A DNA stretch of 41,684 nt from a virus. Taxonomy: Duplodnaviria > Heunggongvirae > Uroviricota > Caudoviricetes. The notes below the pieces were generated by a model that worked only from the letters and a program-made list of their open reading frames with translations, ran no database searches and was not told the origin of the DNA. Every line of letters begins with the position of its first letter. Position 1 is the first letter of the stretch. Where the stretch lies: IMG/VR virus record IMGVR_UViG_3300037313_001331. One strand, written 5' to 3'. Shown one piece after another: positions 17,230 through 25,410 of this stretch. A program made the translations under genes and the position numbers.

Positions 17230-17525
17230 ACGGCGAACACCATCACCTTTGATGTGCGAGCCAGCGGGTAGCCCGTGGTGCGCCTGGTCAGCGTGAGAGA
17301 TGGCGGGCTTCCCTGCGTCACAGTCAGTGAATGCCCTCCGGCACCCAGAACCATTGCCCGGATAACACGGCCGCTCAGGTTGGGATAGGTTGTGCCATCG
17401 AACGTGTAGGTCTGAGTCGTGTTGCCTCCCAGCGTATAGGTGCCGACGTAGACCCCTCCGTAGGTTCTATCACTGTTGAGGGTCATGACGCCGCTTGAGT
17501 TCCAGACTCGAATTCCATAGCTCAC
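17226..17525 (-). CDS. Small tail-associated protein
   Basis: 99 aa beginning MSYGIRVWNSSG. ATGA-coupled on both sides. Confidence 0.6.
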   Translation of the reverse strand: MSYGIRVWNSSGVMTLNSDRTYGGVYVGTYTLGGNTTQTYTFDGTTYPNLSGRVIRAMVLGAGGHSLTVTQGSPPSLTLTRRTTGYPLARTSKVMVFAV

Positions 17526-20500
17526 AGCGAAAGATCTCCCAGCTGAACACGCTTCACATTGGATGAGTCGTAGACTTTCATGCCACCGGAGTACAGCTCA
17601 AAACCCGCCCCTGTGCCGCCCGACCGGTTCGTGAGGAAGCCGATGGTCGCCGTGATGGCGCTCAGCTGGTTCACGTTCAGTCGGTCCGCGCCCACCGAGC
17701 CACGCACCAGCAGGTTGCCGTCAATCAACGCCGCGATGGTGAGCCAGCTGCCGCTGGAGTAGTAACGCGTCTGGGCGAAGGTTCCCGCGGTGGTGTACAG
17801 GGTGACCTCGTCGAAGTTCACCGGCGACAGACCGAGCGCGCTGATGGCAGCATTTGCCTCTGTGTCGCTCCACGCAGCGCTACCAACAGCGCGGCTCGTG
17901 CGCGTGGCACCGCGCGCACCGTTCGTCCCGTTCGTCCCGTTCGTCCCGTTCGCGCCGGCAGGGCCTTGCGGACCTTGAGGTCCCTGGGCACCAGTCGCAC
18001 CGGTTGCCCCTTGGTCGCCCTTCGCCCCCATCGGGCCGAACTGAATCGACTTCGCGCCATCACCCTGCTTGACGAAACTGCTGTCCAGGTAGAAGCGGAT
18101 GTTCGCGGCGACGCCCACGCTGCGCCACAGCACGCCGTTCTTGTAGTAGCGGACGGTATTGTTGTCGTAGGTGATCAGGAAGACGGTGTTCGCGTCGTAG
18201 GTGCCGCCGCTGTACCCTCCCCCGCCGCTCTCGTAGATGTAGCAGGTGCCGTTCTCGTAGACGTACCAGCAGTAGTCGATAGAGCCGTAGGAATAGTCAG
18301 ATGCCGGGTCCGTGTTCAGACCCAGCATGAAGTAGCTCGCGCCCGACTTCGGCTGGAAGGAGCACCACGCGCCGTTGGTGTAGCTCTCCTGGCTCATCAC
18401 CTGGGTGTTCCAGTCCCACGTGCCGTCCGTCTTCGTGCAGCTGGGCCCGTTCACCGACATGCCAGTGGACGGCACGAGCGTGAACAACCCCGTGCCCTGC
18501 TGGCCAGCGCGGCTCTTGGAAATGGACAGGCGCTTCGTCACCGACGTGTAACCCGACCGGGCAGCGGTGATGTCGACGTAGCCGCCATCCTCTGTAGCGC
18601 TCATCGAGTCGATGGTGACGGTTGCCGCGGAGATGGTGCTGCCCACCCCGCTGCTGTTGGACCGGGTGATGATCCAGTTCAGCGTGTCGTCTACGCCCGC
18701 CAGCATGACCGTCATGGTGGTGCTCGCACCCGCGTAGGTGGTCACGGTCCCCGTCGAATCGGCCGGCAGAGTGATGGAATCGTTCGACAGCGTCGCAGTG
18801 ACCACCTTCACCACGTCGAGAGAGTGCGGGCGCCAGGCGTTCAGCACCTCACCCGCCTCGACCATGACCTGGTCGATGTGGATCTCGTCGTTGGCAACAG
18901 CCGGCGTTCCTGCGCTGATGTACAGACGACCATTGCCCTCAACGGTGCTTCCCCACTTGATACGGAACGCATAGCGCTGCCAAGAGGTCGTCAGGGCCGG
19001 ATTCGCAAGCACATCCAGGGTCGCCGGCCCTGCATTCCAGGCAAGGTACATGGAAGTCATGGACGCGCCATTGACCTTCTTGGCCCAAAAGCTCACCACG
19101 TAGGTGGCGCCCGGCATCCATCCACCCTCCACACCTCCAATCCCAGTATCGAGATTGAAGGCGGTCAAAATCCCGAAGGTGCTGGTGGTCGTTGCAAGCG
19201 CCTTGAGGCCGTAGCCGGAGCCTCCATCAACACCAGTCGGCCGCGTGAATGCAACCGAGATGCTGGCATTGTTGTACTGGTTCCAGCCTTGTGGCCGCCC
19301 ACCCGTGCCGGCAACCACGTCCTCCATGTTGCTGTTGCGAACAAGGTTCCCCGAGCCACCATTCAGGCCGTTGACACCGTTGACACCGTTGGTTCCGTTG
19401 GTGCCGTTGGTTCCGTTGGTGCCGTTCGCACCCGCCGCACCCTGCGCCCCCTTGGCACCCATCGGACCCAGGCGTGCACCGAGGACCTGCGAGTTCTGCT
19501 GGTACAACGAGCAGTCGAAGAAGAACTTGCGGCCGGGGGTCGAGTTGGTGCTGTACACCACGGTACCGTCGACCATGTAGCGGACGATGTCGTTGTCGTA
19601 GGTGATGGCCAGCACCGACGCCGTGTTGAACGATGCCGTGATCTCAGTCCGATAGCTGCCCAGCTCGTAGACCTGCAGCTGTCCGGACGATGCGTAGTAG
19701 AACGCGTAGTCGATCTGATGGAAGTCGGTCGACGGGCCCGGCGCCGAGCAAAGCCCTGCCATCACGTTGCCCGGTGAGGCGAACCGGAAGTTGACGTAGG
19801 CACCACCGGTGTATGCCTCCGCGCTGTACGCGCCGCCACCCCAGGTGGTGTCGCTGGCGGTCTTGATGACCTGGTCACCCTTCACCGTCGAGCCCGTGCG
19901 GGCCGTCAGAGTCAGCTGGCCCGGGAAGGGCTGCACAGGCACAGTCGCGAAACCAGGGTCGGCCTGGATGCCCATCACGTCTTCCGCGACGACCCAGACC
20001 CGGCGCGTGCCAACGGTCTCGAAGGTCATCGTGAACGACTGGGCGCTGCCGGCGATCACGGCATAGTCGGGCAGCGAACTCCAGGGCGTGGAAGTGTCCC
20101 CCACGGGGCTGACCCGAATGATGTGACGCTTGAGCGGCTGCGTGGTGCGGCAGTTGTTCCAACGCAGGGTGACTGAGCCGCCCAGCACCTCGGGAACCTG
20201 GAATGCCACGGTCGCCGGCTTCTGCACGACGATGTTCAGCACCGCATCGGTGGCCGACGTGACGCCCGGGATGTTGTGCCGCGCTCGAAAGGTCGTGGTG
20301 CCCAGCGGGAGGAACGGCAGCGGCGGCGTCTTCAGCAGCTTGCCCTCGAACACCGCGGTGCCGGTGTTCCAGCTACTGCCGCCTTGCTTCACCGTGGTGC
20401 TGAGCCAATCCTTGTCCGGCGGCGCGTCCCACTTCAGCTCGATCCCGAGGTCGGTGACCGTGTAGCCGAAGTTTTGAACGTCCCCAGGCGCCGTGACCTT

Positions 20501-23500
20501 GCCGATCACGGTGTAGCTGGTTTCAACCATCGCAGAGGCGCGCTCACTACGGTCTCGTGCGAAGACGCGGAACTTCAGCGTGTCGCCTTGGTTTCCGTCG
20601 ACCGTCACCGCGCCCACATCGCGACCCACGTTCATGAACGGGCCACCGTTTCGGGACAGGAGCACCTCAGACGACCGGTAGGTCGGCTGGGTCGAATGGA
20701 AGGCGATGGTGATCTGCGGCTTCGTGATGGTGCCGAAGAGCACCTGCTTCTCGGTCACTCCGTCGATCACCGGAACGTTGACGACCGTCTGCTCGATGGC
20801 CGAGTAGTTGATCTCCGGCACCGTGCCGGCCGGGTCGTAGACGGCCTCGTTGTATTCCAGGGCGACGATGTCCCGGCGGTACTCGTGAGAGCCGCCGATC
20901 TTGCGAATGCGGAAGGGCTTCGCGATCTTGGCAGTCTCGCCGAACATCCACTTCGCGAACTGCGGGGGTGCGCCAGGCAGCGTGGTCTGCAGCGTCAGTT
21001 GCGTGGTCTCGAAGCCAGCTGAGTCACTGTCCGCATACGACATCGGCTGTGCGTCAGCCCACACCTTCGCGTCACTCAGGCCCGGCGCGACATTGGCATC
21101 CTGCATCGAGCTGGAGATCGTGCCGATGATGCGGTGGTTCGAGTTCGGCGTGAAGCCAACCCAGCCCGTCTGGTTGTCGTCGTACTGCCACTGGCCGCCT
21201 TGCTTCCGGGCGAACGCGAACGGCCGCATGATCCCGCCCTGAACATTGAAGGTGCCAGCGCCGTAGGTCTGCGAGCCATCCCACACGATCCAACCATCGA
21301 ACGGTCCCATGTTCGAGACCAGCGGGCCATTGGGCACGGTCTTGGTCACACCGTCGACCTTGATCGAACCCGGCACATCGGCCGGGGTCGACCCGGTGAA
21401 GCCGTGGATGTACGCCTCGTTGTAGTTCGCGGGGCCCGAAAAATCGATGGCGTTCTTCTTGATCGCGAGCGTGGTGGACTCGGCGACGCCGTTGGTGACG
21501 CGGCGAGTCTCCAGCGCGTTGGTGTCCCAGAGCGTCCAGTTTGCGCCGGCGTTGATGCCGGTGCCGTCCTCGACAGTCACACCCCAGTCGGCGCCGGACT
21601 GGAACACGCCCAGGACCTCGACCTCGATGCTGGAGCCCACCTTCAGGCGCTTGATGTTGCTCTGACCGGCGAAGCCGTTCAAAACGACGTTGTTGCCCGC
21701 GCGACTCTTCACCGTGCCGGCGTAGCGCGCAACGGCATCGAAGTGCACGAGCGCTTCGTAGGTCTTGCCCGGCTTGAGCGTCACCGGCCGATCCAGGTTC
21801 AGGATCGTGCCCGTCGAGTCCTTTTCAAGGCGACCCGCATAGCCCCACTGGGGCATGTCGTGCTGAATCAGCACCACGTCGCCCACCGTGCAGGCGATGG
21901 CCTCGATGGGCGCCGAGAATTCCACCGTCCGAAGGATGTAGCGGTTCAGCCGCAGCATCAGCTCGGTCTCGTCCCAGGCGCGTTGCGCGCTGGTGATCCC
22001 CATGATGTTGACGGTCGCGGTGCGCTGCGGCGTGCCGGCGGCAATTGCCGTCTTGTCGGCATTGCGCAGCGTGCGGGTCTTGTAGTCGTTGGCCGCGTCG
22101 GCGAAGCTGATCTCGATCTCGTTGGCGCGGTCGCTCATGGAGAGCCAGGTCTCCTTGAACGTGCCGGCGATCATGTTCGCCACCGAGAACATCATCACGG
22201 GGTCTTCTTTGCGCTCGATAGCGACCGTGTAGCGCGTGCCCGTCTGCAGCAGCTGGGCGCGACCGCACCGGGTGACCTGCTGCACAGCGTCCCAGACATT
22301 CGTCTGGGTGTCGAAGATGCCGTTGAACTCCAGCTTGTTGGCGTCGCACCAGGCGGCCCACTCCTTCCACCGGACCAGATCAATGCGCGACATGGGCGCC
22401 CCGCCCCCGTAGCGCTTGTTGGTCAGGATGTCCAGCCCGATCCACGCGGGATTGCTCGACGCGCGGGTCTTCCAGCTGCTGGTCGCCTCGTCCCACACCG
22501 TGATCACGCGCCCGCCATTCAGGTGCGTGACGGTCGGCATGCTTGACAGCTGCTCAGTGAGCTTGATCTTCAGGCCCAGCACGGCCGTGTTGCGGTAGCC
22601 GACATCGTCCAGCGTGATCTCATTGATGTCGCTGACGTAGACGGCGTCGGACACCTGCGCGCTGGTGGACTTTTCGTTGTTGCGCTTGAAGCGCAGCTCA
22701 TAGATGCCGGGAGGAAGCTTCTCGCAGAAGAGGCTGCGGCGGTAGGCCGTCCGCTTCGACGAGTTCATCTTGAACGTACCGGCGGTCTCGTAGGTCGGGA
22801 CCGTGCGCATCGACCCCACGACCGGGCCGAGATCCCCGCTCACGGGCGGGTAGGCATAGATCACGCCGTTGCTGACGTACTCGTTGCCGGTGGGCACGTA
22901 GTCGGTCTCGTTCCCGTTCGGGAAGCCGTTGATGTCGAGTTCCTGGACCTTGTTGTAGAAGGGCTGCTGCGTGCTGCCGGGCACCACGTTGGTCGGCTGC
23001 ATGCTGATCCACGGCACCGTGCCCTGCTTCCGGTACTCGACCGTCAGGTTCACCGTGACCTCGTTGTAGTCGCCCTTGTCGTTGACCGAGAACAGGCCAT
23101 TGGGCGCAACGAAGTCGATCCGCACCTGGTCGACGATGGTCGACGTGGTGTAGAACTTGTAGCTGGTCGTCATCTCCTGGTTGAAGGAGGTCGGCACGAT
23201 GGTGTCGGCGAACCACTTCGGCGGCTGCTGCGTGCCGGTGCCCAGAAGCGTGGTCTCGACCTCCACGTCGCTGTAGGCGGACAGCGGCTGGTCGTTGACC
23301 AGGATGTCCTTGATGAACGCAATGGGGCCTTCCCCACAGTTCATCAGCATGTACAGGTACTGCGTGTCGCCGTCGTTGACGACGTAGTTGTCGATGATGT
23401 TGCCGCCGTAGCGGAAGGTGCCGTAGGGCACAGGCACGGGCACACCCTCGGCGCTCGTGTTCTTGGCGCCGTCGATGCCGTAGGTCGCAGACTCCTGCCC

Positions 23501-23950
23501 CGTGGTTGCACCAGTGGGCGGCTTGGGCGGCGGCAGCAGCGCGTTGACCAGCATCGCGCCGGCCACGCCGGCGACCACCGTCCAGGCAGCTGCGCTCAGG
23601 CCCAAAACGCCCGCGCCGAACATGCCAGGACCCATCAGGGCGCCGATCTCGGGCGCGACGACCATCACCGCGATCATGGCCACCATGCGCAGGATGGACT
23701 TGCCATCGTCGCCGCCGGCCGGCCGCGGGCACTGGGTCACCCAGTCACCGTTCTCCACAGTGACGGTGGCCATCTCGTCGTGATCGACCACGCGGCCATT
23801 CAGCGTGTACACCAGCTCGACTTGGCCAGGCACGTCCGGGAACAGCTCCGCCAGCGTCGGCGCCCCATCGAAGTCGATGGTGTCGCGGGAACAGTCGCGG
23901 GGGTCCAGGGGATTGCGAATCCGGACCAGGTTCAGCGTTTTTGTTTTCAT
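17522..23950 (-). CDS. Tail tip / host-specificity protein (lambda J-like), about 2142 aa
   Basis: Start moved to MKTKTLNL (ATGA overlap with the NlpC gene stop). N-terminal I-like region, SNPAWIGLDILTN...FNGIFD J core, FN3-like repeats, lectin/CBM-like modules and collagen-like linkers. Confidence 0.9.
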   Translation of the reverse strand: MKTKTLNLVRIRNPLDPRDCSRDTIDFDGAPTLAELFPDVPGQVELVYTLNGRVVDHDEMATVTVENGDWVTQCPRPAGGDDGKSILRMVAMIAVMVVAPEIGALMGPGMFGAGVLGLSAAAWTVVAGVAGAMLVNALLPPPKPPTGATTGQESATYGIDGAKNTSAEGVPVPVPYGTFRYGGNIIDNYVVNDGDTQYLYMLMNCGEGPIAFIKDILVNDQPLSAYSDVEVETTLLGTGTQQPPKWFADTIVPTSFNQEMTTSYKFYTTSTIVDQVRIDFVAPNGLFSVNDKGDYNEVTVNLTVEYRKQGTVPWISMQPTNVVPGSTQQPFYNKVQELDINGFPNGNETDYVPTGNEYVSNGVIYAYPPVSGDLGPVVGSMRTVPTYETAGTFKMNSSKRTAYRRSLFCEKLPPGIYELRFKRNNEKSTSAQVSDAVYVSDINEITLDDVGYRNTAVLGLKIKLTEQLSSMPTVTHLNGGRVITVWDEATSSWKTRASSNPAWIGLDILTNKRYGGGAPMSRIDLVRWKEWAAWCDANKLEFNGIFDTQTNVWDAVQQVTRCGRAQLLQTGTRYTVAIERKEDPVMMFSVANMIAGTFKETWLSMSDRANEIEISFADAANDYKTRTLRNADKTAIAAGTPQRTATVNIMGITSAQRAWDETELMLRLNRYILRTVEFSAPIEAIACTVGDVVLIQHDMPQWGYAGRLEKDSTGTILNLDRPVTLKPGKTYEALVHFDAVARYAGTVKSRAGNNVVLNGFAGQSNIKRLKVGSSIEVEVLGVFQSGADWGVTVEDGTGINAGANWTLWDTNALETRRVTNGVAESTTLAIKKNAIDFSGPANYNEAYIHGFTGSTPADVPGSIKVDGVTKTVPNGPLVSNMGPFDGWIVWDGSQTYGAGTFNVQGGIMRPFAFARKQGGQWQYDDNQTGWVGFTPNSNHRIIGTISSSMQDANVAPGLSDAKVWADAQPMSYADSDSAGFETTQLTLQTTLPGAPPQFAKWMFGETAKIAKPFRIRKIGGSHEYRRDIVALEYNEAVYDPAGTVPEINYSAIEQTVVNVPVIDGVTEKQVLFGTITKPQITIAFHSTQPTYRSSEVLLSRNGGPFMNVGRDVGAVTVDGNQGDTLKFRVFARDRSERASAMVETSYTVIGKVTAPGDVQNFGYTVTDLGIELKWDAPPDKDWLSTTVKQGGSSWNTGTAVFEGKLLKTPPLPFLPLGTTTFRARHNIPGVTSATDAVLNIVVQKPATVAFQVPEVLGGSVTLRWNNCRTTQPLKRHIIRVSPVGDTSTPWSSLPDYAVIAGSAQSFTMTFETVGTRRVWVVAEDVMGIQADPGFATVPVQPFPGQLTLTARTGSTVKGDQVIKTASDTTWGGGAYSAEAYTGGAYVNFRFASPGNVMAGLCSAPGPSTDFHQIDYAFYYASSGQLQVYELGSYRTEITASFNTASVLAITYDNDIVRYMVDGTVVYSTNSTPGRKFFFDCSLYQQNSQVLGARLGPMGAKGAQGAAGANGTNGTNGTNGTNGVNGVNGLNGGSGNLVRNSNMEDVVAGTGGRPQGWNQYNNASISVAFTRPTGVDGGSGYGLKALATTTSTFGILTAFNLDTGIGGVEGGWMPGATYVVSFWAKKVNGASMTSMYLAWNAGPATLDVLANPALTTSWQRYAFRIKWGSTVEGNGRLYISAGTPAVANDEIHIDQVMVEAGEVLNAWRPHSLDVVKVVTATLSNDSITLPADSTGTVTTYAGASTTMTVMLAGVDDTLNWIITRSNSSGVGSTISAATVTIDSMSATEDGGYVDITAARSGYTSVTKRLSISKSRAGQQGTGLFTLVPSTGMSVNGPSCTKTDGTWDWNTQVMSQESYTNGAWCSFQPKSGASYFMLGLNTDPASDYSYGSIDYCWYVYENGTCYIYESGGGGYSGGTYDANTVFLITYDNNTVRYYKNGVLWRSVGVAANIRFYLDSSFVKQGDGAKSIQFGPMGAKGDQGATGATGAQGPQGPQGPAGANGTNGTNGTNGARGATRTSRAVGSAAWSDTEANAAISALGLSPVNFDEVTLYTTAGTFAQTRYYSSGSWLTIAALIDGNLLVRGSVGADRLNVNQLSAITATIGFLTNRSGGTGAGFELYSGGMKVYDSSNVKRVQLGDLSL
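17919..17953. repeat. 9-bp tandem repeat (CCGTTCGTC x3 plus a partial copy) encoding (NGT)n in the tail tip protein
   Basis: Read directly from the sequence. Confidence 0.9.
19368..19430. repeat. 9-bp imperfect tandem repeat (CCGTTNNNN x7) encoding GANGTNGTNGTNGTNGVNGVNG
   Basis: Read directly from the sequence. Confidence 0.9.
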
Positions 23951-24384
23951 TGTGGGAACCGGTAGAAGCCCGTGATGCGTCGCTGCCAGTCTTCGACGCG
24001 CTCGACGGTGACGCCGCCTGACGCCTCCCAGGCATGGATCATTCGGCCGTGGGGAAGCAGGAACGCCACGTGCGACACGAGGGTCTGCATCTGGCCGTTG
24101 TGCCGGGTGCGCACGCGGATCGTTGCGACGGCGCCCGGGCCGGGCTTGCAGGGCGTCCAAAACGACACCTGCTCATCGATCAGCGACGCAATGTGCTGGT
24201 GGACGGTCGGGCTGCTGTAGTCGGGCACCTTCATGGCGCATCGACGTGCCATTTCCGCGACCAGGCCGTAGCAGTCGTAGACATCTGGGCCCCGCCCCTT
24301 CCACTGGAACGGCACGCCGACCAGGTCTGCGAAAGGAGCGGTGACGTTGGGCGCCGGAGCCAGCTCAGGAATAGCGATAGCCAT
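23947..24384 (-). CDS. NlpC/P60 tail assembly protein (K-like)
   Basis: GVPFQWKGRGPDVYDCYGL catalytic Cys motif, followed by HVAF and IHA. Confidence 0.85.
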   Translation of the reverse strand: MAIAIPELAPAPNVTAPFADLVGVPFQWKGRGPDVYDCYGLVAEMARRCAMKVPDYSSPTVHQHIASLIDEQVSFWTPCKPGPGAVATIRVRTRHNGQMQTLVSHVAFLLPHGRMIHAWEASGGVTVERVEDWQRRITGFYRFPQ

Positions 24385-25000
24385 TGCTGTTCAGGCCGGG
24401 GTAGGCGTGGAAGTTGATGGTGTTGTCGTGAGCTGCGCAGCCGTTGACGCCCTTGAGCGTCAGGTCGCAGCTGGTGAGAGGCCCGACGTACTTGCAGGTC
24501 AGGGGATCACCGAACCGGGCCTGACAGAAGTCGCGCGTCTGGCGCCGGCGCGGGAACGTCACCATGAGGGTGTTCTCCGCGCCGAGCTTGAACTGCTGTG
24601 TGTAGCCCACCGAGGTGGCGCCGACGATCTGGAAGTACTCCACCGCCTCGGGCTCGCCATCGAGAGCCGCGCCGTTGACGATGTAGAGCGTGACGTTGGA
24701 ACCGATGCCCCCGCCGTACTGCTCCATGTAGCCCTGGATGGTCTGCGTGTAGTCGTTGACGGTCAGAGACACGTCCGCCTGCTTGCCGGCCTCCTGGGTC
24801 AGCGTGATGTCAAACTTGCCCGGCTCGTAGGTGTTGCCGTTCATCAGAACCGGCTCGCCGTTGTTCGCGATGTGCTTCACGGTGACCACCACGCCGGTGG
24901 TCGGATTCACGACCTCCAGGTCGATCAGGGCGAGAAAGGGAACGTCTGACGAGAGCCGATTTGCCTCGATGACGGTCGCAATGGAAAGTGCCTTGGTCAT
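24365..25000 (-). CDS. Minor tail protein (L-like)
   Basis: C-terminal Cys cluster (FCQ...CKY...SCD...GC..H). Position between the M-like and K-like genes. Confidence 0.75.
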   Translation of the reverse strand: MTKALSIATVIEANRLSSDVPFLALIDLEVVNPTTGVVVTVKHIANNGEPVLMNGNTYEPGKFDITLTQEAGKQADVSLTVNDYTQTIQGYMEQYGGGIGSNVTLYIVNGAALDGEPEAVEYFQIVGATSVGYTQQFKLGAENTLMVTFPRRRQTRDFCQARFGDPLTCKYVGPLTSCDLTLKGVNGCAAHDNTINFHAYPGLNSNGYRYS

Positions 25001-25023
25001 TGTTCTTCTCGGCAGGCAGAAAA

Positions 25024-25041
25024 TCAGTCAGTGCTGACTGA
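25024..25041. promoter_or_regulatory. 18-bp palindromic motif, copy 7 (TCAGTCAG-TG-CTGACTGA)
   Basis: Intergenic, directly after the distal-tail gene stop. The flanks extend the symmetry (AA...TT). Confidence 0.85.
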
Positions 25042-25410
25042 TTATGCCTGCTCAAGAGAGAACGAACAATCCCAACGCTTGGAGCTGCCGATGCCGACGT
25101 ACTTGAACTGCAACGGATCCTTAAACCGCACCGTGTAGATCGCGCCATCGGCCGGGTTGGTCCAGTCGAAAGTGAGCGAGCCACCCTTGGTGGTGTTCCA
25201 GAAGTTGCCCAGCGTGGTCCGGTCGGCGTCCGTCAGCATCTGATAGGCAATCGGCCAGGTCCGCCGCGGCGCGCGGGTGTGCTTCGGGCGGGTGATGACG
25301 TATCCACCCTCCATCTCCGTGCGCATCGCCGGGTCTTCCAGCTGGATGCCGAACTGCTTGGAGTCGGGCAGGCTGCCACTGGGCAGGGTCGGGTATACGA
25401 GTGCTGCCAC
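25042..25410 (-). CDS. Distal tail protein (M-like)
   Basis: 122 aa directly after the tape measure gene. GGSLTFDWTNP and YTVRF motifs. Confidence 0.75.
   Translation of the reverse strand: MAALVYPTLPSGSLPDSKQFGIQLEDPAMRTEMEGGYVITRPKHTRAPRRTWPIAYQMLTDADRTTLGNFWNTTKGGSLTFDWTNPADGAIYTVRFKDPLQFKYVGIGSSKRWDCSFSLEQA

Noticed and set aside
17522-19915. Diversity-generating retroelement target or invertible tail cassette
   Set aside because: No reverse transcriptase, no near-identical TR/VR pair and no invertase or inverted crossover sites seen. The duplicated modules are diverged throughout.
23951-24160. 70-aa N-terminal extension of the tail tip ORF
   Set aside because: Overlaps the NlpC/P60 gene. 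The ATGA-coupled start at 23950 is more plausible.
25042-25047. CATAAT/TATAAA hexamers next to copies 7 and 11 as promoters
   Set aside because: The TAA in each is the upstream gene's stop codon, so they are not independent evidence.
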